NCBI GenBank assembly: GCA_966193865.1
Contig: CBIGXQ010000001.1
Location: forward strand, 3,761-67,760
Length of the DNA stretch: 64,000 nt
Origin: an uncultured Sphingosinicella sp.
Lineage (GTDB): Bacteria; Pseudomonadota; Alphaproteobacteria; Sphingomonadales; Sphingomonadaceae
Direction: 5' to 3'
This document shows positions 1 through 8,548 of the stretch, in pieces; within the stretch, counting starts at the first letter, position 1, and every line of letters begins with the position of its first letter. Position numbers and translations under genes: made by a program. The notes below the pieces were generated by a model. That model saw only the letters and a list, made by a program, of their open reading frames with translations, did no database searches and was not told where the DNA came from.

Positions 1-755
1 TATCTGTCCCAGGATTCGCCGCCGTCGGGATAGCCGACGCCGGTGATGTAGTTGGTCAACGCGTCGAGCCAGACGTACATGACATGGTTGTCGCTGCCCG
101 GCACGCTGACCCCCCAGTCGAAGCTCGTCCTCGAGATGGAGAGGTCGGAAAGGCCGCCTTCGACGAAGCGAAGCACCTCGTTGCGACGGCTCTCGGGCCG
201 GATGAAATCGGGGTTGGCGGCGAAATGGGCGAGCAGCCGGTTCTGATAGGCGGAGAGCCGGAAGAACCAGCTCTCCTCGACGGTCCACTCCACCTCGGTG
301 CCCTGGGGCGACAGCTTTTCGCCGCTGTCGGCCTCGATAAGCTCTTCCTCGCCATAATAAGCTTCGTCGCGAACCGAGTACCAACCTTCGTAACGGCCGA
401 GATAGATGTCGCCCTTGTCGGCCATCGCCTTCCAGATTGCCTGGCTGGCCTTGTGATGAGCGGGCTCGGTGGTCCGGATGAAGCGGTCGTATGAAATATT
501 CAAAAGGTCATCCATCTGCTTGAAGCAAGCAGACATTTCCTCCGCGAACTCGGCCGGGCTGACGCCCTTTTCACGTGCTGCCTGGGCCATTTTGAGACCG
601 TGCTCGTCGGTCCCGGTCAGGAAGAAGACATCCCGGCCCTGCATCCGCTGGAACCGGGCGATCGAATCGGTCGCGATCGCTTCATAGGCGTGGCCGACAT
701 GCGGCCGTCCGTTCGGATAGCTGATCGCGGTGGTGATATAGAAAGGGTCAGGCAT
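1..755 (-). CDS. metG: Methionyl-tRNA synthetase (5' part; runs off window start)
   Basis: Manual translation from ATG at 755: [26 protein letters not shown] (HIGH-like motif), then [12 protein letters not shown] and [10 protein letters not shown]. Not in the ORF track because it is truncated. Confidence 0.96.
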   Translation of the reverse strand, partial: MPDPFYITTAISYPNGRPHVGHAYEAIATDSIARFQRMQGRDVFFLTGTDEHGLKMAQAAREKGVSPAEFAEEMSACFKQMDDLLNISYDRFIRTTEPAHHKASQAIWKAMADKGDIYLGRYEGWYSVRDEAYYGEEELIEADSGEKLSPQGTEVEWTVEESWFFRLSAYQNRLLAHFAANPDFIRPESRRNEVLRFVEGGLSDLSISRTSFDWGVSVPGSDNHVMYVWLDALTNYITGVGYPDGGESWDR

Positions 756-824
756 CGCCGCGGGGACTAGCCTTGTTGCGTCCGCCGATAAAGCCCCTGG
801 CCTCTTTCCGATCCGGTGGCGCGG

Positions 825-1814
825 CTAAGCGGCGCGCCTTCCTTCGGACGGGGCGAGCGCCGCGAGCATTCCGGCAAGTTCGAAAACCGTGCTCTGCGGA
901 TCGAGCGAAAGATGCCTAGCGCTCGAGGCGAGTATGGTCGCGCCTTCCCAGAGCGACAGCGCCTGGGCAAGAGCGGGTCCGGATCGCTGCCTCGCCAGAT
1001 CAGCGATCAGCGACGGCGCCCGCGCCAGAAAGGCTTCGTAGCGAGGCTGGGCCGACTTCAGCGAAAGGCTCTGGGCAAGGGCGGCTCGACGGGCATTGGT
1101 CGGATCCCCTTCCCTCGCCAGCCGCTCCATCGCCTCGTCGAGGGCGGCAATGTCGAGCCCGCGAAAGGCGATCGCCCGACCGGGCGCGCCCTGCCCCGCC
1201 TCGACCAGCGCCATGATCTCCGCTTCGTCGGCGTCGGGCAGTGCCGATCGCAGCGCCGCCGCCATGACGTCACTCCTGAGCGGCGAGAGGCGGATCACCC
1301 GGCAGCGCGATCTGATCGTCGGCAACAACCGTTCCGGCGCATGGCTGACGAGGAGGAACAGGCTGTTCGGCGGCGGCTCCTCCAGGTTCTTGAGCAGGGC
1401 GTTGGCGGCGTTGCGTTCCAGATCGTCGATCGAATCGATCACCACCGCGCGCCAGGGCGACAGCGAGGGCGTGGTCGAGAACAGGCGCTGAAGGCCGCGA
1501 ACCTGATCGACGCTGATCGAACGGGCGAGCTCGGTTCCATTTTCCTTGGTCAGCCGCTCGAGGCGGACGAGGTCGGGATGGCTGCCGGCCGCGATCAGCT
1601 TCGCGATCCGATGCTCCTCCGGGAGTTCCAGCCCGGGTTCGTCGACCGGCGGTCCGGCCATTTGCGCGAGTAGCCTCGCCGCCGCCATGTCGGCGAACAG
1701 CGCCTTGCCGATCCCCTTCGGCCCGGTGACAAGCCAGGCATGGTGAAGTCGCCCGCTGTCGAGGCCGGTGCGAAACGCGGCGACGGCGGCGTCATGGCCG
1801 AAAAGCCGCCTCAA
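825..1814 (-). CDS. holB: DNA polymerase III subunit delta'
   Basis: HHAWLVTGPKGIGKA, HPDL, AANALLKNLEEPP and LLPTIRSRC motifs; tmk-holB-metG order; TTG start overlaps the tmk stop. Confidence 0.95.
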   Translation of the reverse strand: MRRLFGHDAAVAAFRTGLDSGRLHHAWLVTGPKGIGKALFADMAAARLLAQMAGPPVDEPGLELPEEHRIAKLIAAGSHPDLVRLERLTKENGTELARSISVDQVRGLQRLFSTTPSLSPWRAVVIDSIDDLERNAANALLKNLEEPPPNSLFLLVSHAPERLLPTIRSRCRVIRLSPLRSDVMAAALRSALPDADEAEIMALVEAGQGAPGRAIAFRGLDIAALDEAMERLAREGDPTNARRAALAQSLSLKSAQPRYEAFLARAPSLIADLARQRSGPALAQALSLWEGATILASSARHLSLDPQSTVFELAGMLAALAPSEGRRAA

Positions 1815-2428
1815 ATCAGGTCCTCGACGGCGGCGAGAACCCTTGCCGTCACTTCGGAGGCCGATCCGGACGCTTCGATGACCCGGTAGCGATCCGGCTC
1901 CTCGGCCGCGACTCGATCGAAAGCGGCGGCGACGGCAGCATGATAATCACTGCCACGGCCGCCGATCAGGTCGGCGCCCTCGATATCACGTTTGCTGGCG
2001 CGGCGTTTCGCTTCCGCATCGTCGAGCTTCAGAAGGAGCGTCCGGTCGGGCAGAAAGCCGTGGCTGCCGAAGGCGTGAAGTTGACGGATCGCCTCGAAGC
2101 CGAGGCCGCCGGCGCCGCCCTGATAGGCGATCGAGCTGTCGAGGAATCGATCGCAGACGACCCATTTCCCTTCCTCGAGCGCTGGCCTGATCGTCTTCGC
2201 GACATGGTCCGCCCGAGCCGCGGCGAACAGCAAGGCTTCGGCCTGTGCAGTCCAGTCCTGGTCGTGAAGTAGCAAGGCACGGATCGCTTCAGCGCCCGCG
2301 CTTCCGCCGGGCTCCCGGGTTTCGAGGACATGGAGCCCGCGGGCGCGGAGCCCGTCGGCAAGCGCTTTCAGCTGGGTCGACTTGCCGACGCCCTCGCCGC
2401 CCTCGAGGGTGACGAACCGGGCCGTCAT
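1811..2428 (-). CDS. tmk: Thymidylate kinase
   Basis: FVTLEGGEGVGKSTQ P-loop, TREPGG, DRFLDSSIAYQG. True start is ATG 2428 (overlaps the dacA stop), not the longer ORF start. Confidence 0.96.
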   Translation of the reverse strand: MTARFVTLEGGEGVGKSTQLKALADGLRARGLHVLETREPGGSAGAEAIRALLLHDQDWTAQAEALLFAAARADHVAKTIRPALEEGKWVVCDRFLDSSIAYQGGAGGLGFEAIRQLHAFGSHGFLPDRTLLLKLDDAEAKRRASKRDIEGADLIGGRGSDYHAAVAAAFDRVAAEEPDRYRVIEASGSASEVTARVLAAVEDLI

Positions 2429-3600
2429 CCCATTCCGAGCAGGCTCTTCAGGCCGGCCCAGAGCCGGCCGAAGAAGCCGGCCTCGCCGACCGCCTTCTCG
2501 GCGTGAAGCGGAGTCACCTGGGCAGGCATGCCCTCGACCTGGACATGGAGGTCGGCAATGTGCTGGCCCTGCTGGATCGGCGCCTTGATCGGCCCCTGGT
2601 AGACGATCCGGGCGCGGATGTTCTGGCCAAGGCCGGCGGGATAGGTGACGGCGACGCTTCGCGGCGCGACCAGCCCGACCTTGTCGTCGCTTCCGAGCTG
2701 GACCTGCGCTTCGCCGATCCGCTCGTTCTGATCGACCAGCGGCCGGGTCTGCCAGGCGCGGAAGCCCCAATCCATGAACTTGACCGATTCCTCGATCCGC
2801 TGGTTGGCGCTGCCGAGGCCGGCGACGACCATGACGATCCGGCGGCCATTCTGTTCGGCGGAGCCGGTGAAGCCGTAACCGGCTTCGGCGGTATGGCCGG
2901 TCTTGAGCCCGTCGGCGCCCGCCACTCGACCGAGCAGGGGATTGCGATTGCCCTGGGTGATCGCCTGATTGCTGCCCATCGTCCGGCCCCAGGTGAATTC
3001 GCGCTGGCCATAATATTGACGATAGAGCTCGGGATAATCGCGGATCGTCCCCGCGGCGAGCGTCGCGAGATCGCGGGCGGTGGTGTAGGTGACGCCATTG
3101 TCCGGCCAGCCGACGGGATTACCCCAGTTGGAATTGGTCAGACCCATTTCCCGCGATTGCCGGTTCATCAGAGCGACGAAGGCCGCTTCGGTACCCGAAA
3201 TGCATTCGGCGAGGACGACGGTCGCGTCGTTGCCCGACAAGGTGACGATTCCATGGAGCAGGTTGCTGACGTTGACCTGCTCGCCGGGCGAGAGGAACAT
3301 GGTCGAGCCGGCCTCCGGTCCGTGCCAGCGCTGCCAGGTCTCCGGCCGGACCGTGCAGACCCGGTCCGGCTTCAGCTCGCCCCTCTTGATCAGCTCGAAG
3401 GCGACGTGGGTCGTCATCATCTTCGCCATCGAGGCGGGCGGGATCCGGCGATCCGCGTCCTTGGCGTAGAGCACCGCCCCGGAAGAGAGATCGACCATGT
3501 AGGCGATCGGTGCCTCAGTCTCGAAAGGTGGCGCGGCGGCAGTCGCCGGAATCGATAGGGCGGTGGCGAAAAGCAGAACGAACAGAGGTTTGCGCATCAT
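2425..3600 (-). CDS. dacA: D-alanyl-D-alanine carboxypeptidase (PBP5/6 family)
   Basis: SxxK (PASMAK), SxN (SGN) and KTG motifs; signal peptide; amphipathic C-terminal helix. Start is 3600 or 3597. Confidence 0.92.
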   Translation of the reverse strand: MMRKPLFVLLFATALSIPATAAAPPFETEAPIAYMVDLSSGAVLYAKDADRRIPPASMAKMMTTHVAFELIKRGELKPDRVCTVRPETWQRWHGPEAGSTMFLSPGEQVNVSNLLHGIVTLSGNDATVVLAECISGTEAAFVALMNRQSREMGLTNSNWGNPVGWPDNGVTYTTARDLATLAAGTIRDYPELYRQYYGQREFTWGRTMGSNQAITQGNRNPLLGRVAGADGLKTGHTAEAGYGFTGSAEQNGRRIVMVVAGLGSANQRIEESVKFMDWGFRAWQTRPLVDQNERIGEAQVQLGSDDKVGLVAPRSVAVTYPAGLGQNIRARIVYQGPIKAPIQQGQHIADLHVQVEGMPAQVTPLHAEKAVGEAGFFGRLWAGLKSLLGMG

Positions 3601-3623
3601 CGCTGTGTCAGATTCCTCGAATG

Positions 3624-4691
3624 TCAGCGTGAGACCGAATCGGCCAGCAGACCGATCGTCAACGCGTAGAAGTTCGAGCAATTATAGTCGAGGATGGTGC
3701 GGTAATTGGTGGTCAGCAGATAGGCCGTCCGCCCCGGGCCGTCCGGCTCGAGCAGTGACGCCATCGTCCGCTCGGGGAGGTTGTTGGCGATTCCGCGCGC
3801 GCGCCATTCGCCGGCGCTGAGCCAGCGGCTGTGCCGCTCATGGACCCGCGGGCAGCGCGGCGAACGCATCCGGTTGACGACGGCGGAGCGGTCGAAGCCG
3901 GAAGGAACCCGAACGGCGGTGCCCCAAGGCTGGCCGGCGCGCCAGCCGGCGCTCTTCAGATAATTGCCGATCGAGGCGAGCGCGTCGAGCTGGCTGCGCC
4001 AGATGTCGGCGCGCCCGTCGCCGTCGCCGTCGACCGCGAGCCGGATATAGACGCTGGGAAGGAATTGTGACTGACCGGTCGCGCCGGCCCAGCTGCCCTT
4101 GAGCTGAGAGCGGGGAAAGCCGCGGTCCATCATCTTCAGAGTGGCGATGAACTCCTCGGTGAAGAGCTGACGGCGGCGCCCTTCATAAGCCAGGCTCGCG
4201 AGCGAGTTGAGAAGGTCGAAATCGCCCATGATCGAGCCATAGCTCGTCTCCTTGCCCCAGATGGCGATAAGGATGGACGGAGGAACGCCGTAGCGGCGGC
4301 CGATCTCGTCGAGGCGGCTGCGATTTTCGGCGTAGCGCGCCCGGCCCCGGCTGACGATCGCCGACGTGATATGCCGCGCCCGATAGGGCTCGAACGGCGG
4401 TGCGGCGCTCGATCCGGACGAGCCTCCCGGCTGGCCGCGGTCGAGCTCGATCGTGCGGGACGAGAAGGTCAGCGAAGGAAAGACCCGCTCCAGAGTAGCT
4501 CGGCTCACGCCGGCCCGCTGCGCCTCGGCGCGAAGCCGTGGCAGATAGGCCTGAAAGCCGGACTCGCTGAGGCTGGTCGACTGCGCTTCGGCCGGCGCTT
4601 CGCCGATCGTCGGGACCATCCCCACGTCCACCCGAGCGGCAGGCGCCCCGGCAAGAACCGCAACCGCCAATACCCCCGACCACAAACGCAT
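3624..4691 (-). CDS. Lytic murein transglycosylase (MltB/SLT_2 family)
   Basis: AIWGKETSYG, GSWAGATGQSQFLPS, DGDGDGRADIW EF-hand-like loop, YNCSNFYA; signal peptide; no C-terminal PG-binding domain. Confidence 0.9.
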   Translation of the reverse strand: MRLWSGVLAVAVLAGAPAARVDVGMVPTIGEAPAEAQSTSLSESGFQAYLPRLRAEAQRAGVSRATLERVFPSLTFSSRTIELDRGQPGGSSGSSAAPPFEPYRARHITSAIVSRGRARYAENRSRLDEIGRRYGVPPSILIAIWGKETSYGSIMGDFDLLNSLASLAYEGRRRQLFTEEFIATLKMMDRGFPRSQLKGSWAGATGQSQFLPSVYIRLAVDGDGDGRADIWRSQLDALASIGNYLKSAGWRAGQPWGTAVRVPSGFDRSAVVNRMRSPRCPRVHERHSRWLSAGEWRARGIANNLPERTMASLLEPDGPGRTAYLLTTNYRTILDYNCSNFYALTIGLLADSVSR

Positions 4692-4828
4692 ATTTCACCT
4701 CTCCCGCCTTCACCTATATGACACGAGCTTTCGCAAGCATGAAAGCTCGCCCTGCCGTGCCGCTTGCACGGTGGAGCGTGTGGCGGCTAACGCGCTTGGA
4801 CCGAACTGGTCGCATGGCCGCGGCACGG

Positions 4829-4918
4829 GGATGGGTGGCCGAGTGGTTTAAGGCAGCGGTCTTGAAAACCGCCGTGGGTTCACGCCCACCGTGGGTTCGA
4901 ATCCCACCCCATCCGCCA
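4829..4918 (+). tRNA. tRNA-Ser (anticodon TGA)
   Basis: GGATGGG/CCCATCC acceptor stem plus G-CCA; D-loop GAGTGG; anticodon arm GCGGT-CTTGAAA-ACCGC; long variable arm; T-arm GTGGG-TTCGAAT-CCCAC; 90 nt. Confidence 0.98.
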
Positions 4919-5034
4919 CGGAAATGAATCGTCTCGCCATTTATTTCGCCGGCTGGCTGACGTGAGGGCCAGCGTGCGGCTTTCTTCGCGACGCGCGAGC
5001 GGCTAGGCGACGGCAGCGCTGGAAGGATTGTTTC

Positions 5035-6225
5035 ATGGCTGAATCGACTACACTGCCCTTCGACTGGGCCGACCCATTCGCGCTCGACGCGCAGCTCAGC
5101 GACGAAGAGCGAATGGTCCGCGACACCGCCGAGGGCTATGCCCAGGAGAAGCTCCAGCCGCGGGTCACTCAGGCCTATCTCGAGGAGAGCTTCGACCGCG
5201 ACATCATGAGCGAAATGGGCGCGCTTGGCCTGCTCGGCGCCACCGTCTCGCCCGAATATGGCGGCGCAGGTCTGAACTATGTGAGCTACGGGCTCATCGC
5301 CCGGGCGGTGGAGCGGGTCGACAGCGGTTACCGTTCCGCCATGTCGGTCCAGTCGTCGCTCGTCATGCACCCGATCAACGCCTACGGCACCGAGGAGCAG
5401 AAGAAACGCTATCTGCCGAAGCTCGCCACCGGCGAATGGATCGGCTGCTTCGGATTGACCGAGCCCGACGCCGGCTCGGATCCCGGCTCGATGAGGACCC
5501 GCGCCGAACAGATTGACGGCGGCTATCGCCTTTCCGGTACGAAGATGTGGATCACCAATTCCCCGATCGCCGACGTCTTCGTCGTCTGGGCCAAATCCGA
5601 CGCTCATGGCGGACGGATCAAGGGCTTCGTCCTCGAAAAGGGAATGAAGGGCCTGAGCGCGCCCAAGATCAGGGAGAAGCTTTCGCTTCGCGCCTCGATC
5701 ACCGGCGAGATCGTCATGGACGGGGTCGAGGTGGCGGAAGAGAATGTCCTGCCGCACGTCAGCGGCCTCGCCGGCCCGTTCGGCTGTCTCAACCGCGCCC
5801 GCTACGGCATCGGCTGGGGCGCGATGGGCGCCGCCGAGGCCTGCTATCACGCGGCGCGCAGCTACACCCTCGAGCGCAAGCAGTTCAACCGGCCCCTCGC
5901 CGCGACCCAGCTCGTCCAGCTCAAGCTCGCCAACATGGCGACGGAGATCGCGCTCGGCCTTCAGGCAGCGCTCCGGGTCGGCCGCCGCCTCGACGAGGGC
6001 GAGCTGATCCCGGAGACGATCAGCCTGATCAAGCGCAACAATGTCGGCAAGGCGCTCGATATCGCCCGGATCGCGCGCGACATGCATGGCGGCAACGGCA
6101 TCAGCGCCGAATTCCAGGTGATGCGCCATGCCGCCAATCTCGAGACGGTGAACACGTACGAAGGCACCCACGACGTCCACGCCTTGATCCTGGGCCGCGC
6201 CATCACGGGAATCCCCGCCTTCTGA
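5035..6225 (+). CDS. gcdH: Glutaryl-CoA dehydrogenase-like acyl-CoA dehydrogenase
   Basis: FDWADPF N-terminus, [23 protein letters not shown] and [20 protein letters not shown] are typical of GCDH. Confidence 0.88.
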   Translation: MAESTTLPFDWADPFALDAQLSDEERMVRDTAEGYAQEKLQPRVTQAYLEESFDRDIMSEMGALGLLGATVSPEYGGAGLNYVSYGLIARAVERVDSGYRSAMSVQSSLVMHPINAYGTEEQKKRYLPKLATGEWIGCFGLTEPDAGSDPGSMRTRAEQIDGGYRLSGTKMWITNSPIADVFVVWAKSDAHGGRIKGFVLEKGMKGLSAPKIREKLSLRASITGEIVMDGVEVAEENVLPHVSGLAGPFGCLNRARYGIGWGAMGAAEACYHAARSYTLERKQFNRPLAATQLVQLKLANMATEIALGLQAALRVGRRLDEGELIPETISLIKRNNVGKALDIARIARDMHGGNGISAEFQVMRHAANLETVNTYEGTHDVHALILGRAITGIPAF

Positions 6226-6239
6226 TGGAGCCCTAAGGC

Positions 6240-7349
6240 ATGGATCGACCACTGTCGGGCCTCAAGGTCGTCGAGCTTGCCCGGATTCTCGCCGGCCCAT
6301 GGGCCGGACAGCTGCTCGCAGATCTCGGCGCCGACGTCGTCAAGGTCGAGCGTCCGGGAAGCGGCGACGACACCCGCGCCTGGGGCCCGCCCTTCGCCGC
6401 CGACGGAAGCGCCGCTTATTTCCACGGCTGCAACCGCGGCAAGACTTCGCTCGCCATCGATCTCCACAGTCCGGTGGGCCAGGAACAAGTCCGCGCGCTC
6501 GTCGCGGACGCGGACGTGCTCATCGAGAATTTCAAGGCCGGCTCGCTGCAGAAATATGGCCTCGATTTCGCCAGCCTCAGCGCGATCAACCCACGGCTGA
6601 TCTACTGCTCGATCACCGGCTTCGGCCAGGACGGCCCCTATTCGGGGCGCGCCGGCTATGATTTCATTATCCAGGCCATGGGCGGGATCATGGACCTGAC
6701 CGGCGAGCCTTCTGGGGAGCCGCAGAAGGTGGGTGTCGCCTTCGCCGACATCTTCACCGGAATCTATGCCTCGACCGCCATCCTCGCCGCCTTGCGCGGC
6801 CGGGAATCGACCGGCGCCGGCTGCCATATCGACATGGCGCTGCTCGACGCCCAGGTGGCGGTGCTCGCTAACCAGGCGATGAACTATCTCGTCACCGGCG
6901 ATCCTCCGCACCGCCTCGGCAATGCGCATCCCAATATCGCGCCCTATCAGGCATTCAGGCTCGCCGACGGCCATGCCATCATCGCCGTCGGCAACGACGC
7001 GCAGTTTCGAAGTCTCTGCAATCTGCTCGGCCGAATCGAGCTCGGGAGGGACGAGCGGTTCGCCACCAATGCCGATCGGGTGCGCAACCGTTCCCTGCTC
7101 GATTCGGCGCTGGCGCCGCTGCTCGCCCTTCGGCGAAGAGACGAGCTCCTCGAGGCTCTCGCTTCGGCGGGCATAGCAGCCGGTCCGATCAACGACCTCG
7201 CCGAGGTCTTCGCCGATCCGCAAATCCTCCACCGGGGCTTGAGGATCGAGCGGAACGGGATTCCCGGCGTCGCGTCGCCGATCGTCATCGACGGAAAGCG
7301 GCAGGTTTCGGAGACCGGAAGCCCACCGCTACCCGCCGCGCGAGATTAA
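6240..7349 (+). CDS. CaiB/BaiF (family III) CoA-transferase, probably glutarate-activating
   Basis: LAGPWAGQLLADLGADVVKVERP, GDDTR, SITGFGQDGPY and GYDF motifs; 14 bp downstream of gcdH. Confidence 0.9.
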   Translation: MDRPLSGLKVVELARILAGPWAGQLLADLGADVVKVERPGSGDDTRAWGPPFAADGSAAYFHGCNRGKTSLAIDLHSPVGQEQVRALVADADVLIENFKAGSLQKYGLDFASLSAINPRLIYCSITGFGQDGPYSGRAGYDFIIQAMGGIMDLTGEPSGEPQKVGVAFADIFTGIYASTAILAALRGRESTGAGCHIDMALLDAQVAVLANQAMNYLVTGDPPHRLGNAHPNIAPYQAFRLADGHAIIAVGNDAQFRSLCNLLGRIELGRDERFATNADRVRNRSLLDSALAPLLALRRRDELLEALASAGIAAGPINDLAEVFADPQILHRGLRIERNGIPGVASPIVIDGKRQVSETGSPPLPAARD

Positions 7350-7912
7350 ATGCCGGCGGACATGCTGGCGACGATCTGGGGCGGACGAGTGAAGAGCAGG
7401 ATCGGCTCGCCGCGATAGGTGGCGTCCTGCCGGCCGGTAAAGCCGCAGCGTTCGGCGACGGCAATGGACGGATGATTGTCGGGGCTGATGATGGCGACGA
7501 CCGCCTCACCGCTTAGTTTTTCGTCCGCCCAGGCAAGGCCCGCTCGGACCGCCTCGGTGCAATAGCCCTTCCCCTGCGCTTCCGACGCGAAGATCCAGCC
7601 CATTTCGGGGCGGCCTTCAATCGACGGAACCATGTCGCGCTTGAAATCGGCGAAGCCCATGAAGCCGATCATCGCTCCATCCTCGAGCCGATCGACCGCC
7701 CAATAACCGTAGCCGAGCAGAGCCCATAAGGACGGACCGCAAAGCATCCGCCGCCAGGCATCCTCACGCGAAAGCGGAGTCCCTCCCAGATGACGGGTAA
7801 CGCGCGGATCGGCGAGGATCGCCGCCTGGACCGCAAGATCGCTCGCCCGATAGGGCCGAAGCCTGAGCCGCGCGGTCTCCAGCACGGGAGCCACGTCGAT
7901 CGTCTCGTTCAT
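7346..7912 (-). CDS. GNAT acetyltransferase (RimJ/RimL family)
   Basis: LETARLRLRP, PEMGW, QGKGYCTEA and NHPSIAVAERCGF motifs; start placed at ATG 7912. Confidence 0.85.
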   Translation of the reverse strand: MNETIDVAPVLETARLRLRPYRASDLAVQAAILADPRVTRHLGGTPLSREDAWRRMLCGPSLWALLGYGYWAVDRLEDGAMIGFMGFADFKRDMVPSIEGRPEMGWIFASEAQGKGYCTEAVRAGLAWADEKLSGEAVVAIISPDNHPSIAVAERCGFTGRQDATYRGEPILLFTRPPQIVASMSAGI

Positions 7913-7952
7913 GGAGCCCGGCCGTGGCCGGAGCGACGACCCGCCGGGGCCG

Positions 7953-8183
7953 TCACTTCTTGCCGAGGGTAAGCCCACCGAAGCGCTTGTTGAAGCGAGC
8001 CACCTGGCCGCCCTGGTCGAGGACTCGGGACTGGCCGCCGGTCCATGCCGGATGGACCTTGGGATCGATGTCGAGCTGCAGCGTGTCGCCTTCCTTGCCC
8101 CAGGTGGAGCGGGTCTCGAACACGGTGCCGTCGGTCATCTGCACCTTGATCATGTGGTAATCGGGGTGGGTATCGGTCTTCAT
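7953..8183 (-). CDS. rpmE: 50S ribosomal protein L31 (Cys-free form)
   Basis: [10 protein letters not shown]...TRST...[13 protein letters not shown]...[10 protein letters not shown]; ATG at 8183. Confidence 0.96.
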   Translation of the reverse strand: MKTDTHPDYHMIKVQMTDGTVFETRSTWGKEGDTLQLDIDPKVHPAWTGGQSRVLDQGGQVARFNKRFGGLTLGKK

Positions 8184-8264
8184 CTCATTGAACTTCCGTG
8201 AAAATGGCTGGTTCCGACCAGCCTCTGAACAGGCAGACGCGCGATCTAGCCGTTGAGCCGATGA

Positions 8265-8294
8265 TTGACAAGTCCGCCCGCCCCGGCCTAGCCC
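8265..8294 (+). promoter_or_regulatory. Putative sigma70 promoter for the riboswitch/btuB leader
   Basis: Perfect TTGACA at 8265-8270 and a (C)TAGCC -10-like element about 17-18 nt downstream, immediately before the riboswitch. Confidence 0.55.
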
Positions 8295-8300
8295 GCCGCG

Positions 8301-8440
8301 GTGAAGGTGCCGCCCCTCAAAAGGCGGTGAAAAGGGAAGCCGGTGAGACTCCGGCGCTGTGCCCGCAACTGTAAGCGGAGAGCCCCTCCCCTCCAAGTGG
8401 GGAGAGCGGCCTTGACCCGCGAGCCAGGAGACCTGCCTTC
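8301..8440 (+). ncRNA. Cobalamin riboswitch
   Basis: AGGTG..., AAAAGGGAAGCCGGTG-agact-CCGG, CTGTGCCCGCAACTGT and B12 box GAGCCAGGAGACCTGCC; directly upstream of a TonB-dependent receptor. Confidence 0.95.
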
Positions 8441-8548
8441 GCCGTCGTCCGTACCCGGCCGGGACCAGCCTGCGGTGCGTGGCGTCCCGTGGCCAGAAGC
8501 CGTGGCGACTCCTCCGAGACGACATCGACATGTCGCGAGGAGGAAATC

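Noticed and set aside
753-795. Leaderless promoters for metG (and for greB at about 52749-52787)
   Set aside because: -10-like elements lie near the start codons and no SD is evident, but the -35 matches or spacings are weak. Not reported as findings.
4829-4918. Reading the TGA triplet as a selenocysteine or suppressor tRNA
   Set aside because: Anticodon TGA decodes TCA (Ser); tRNA-Sec has anticodon TCA. The 7-bp acceptor stem and 90-nt length fit a normal tRNA-Ser.
4919-5034. tRNA-Ser as an integration site for a genomic island
   Set aside because: No integrase follows, I saw no duplicate of the tRNA 3' end in the window, and the downstream genes are ordinary metabolic genes with host-like composition.
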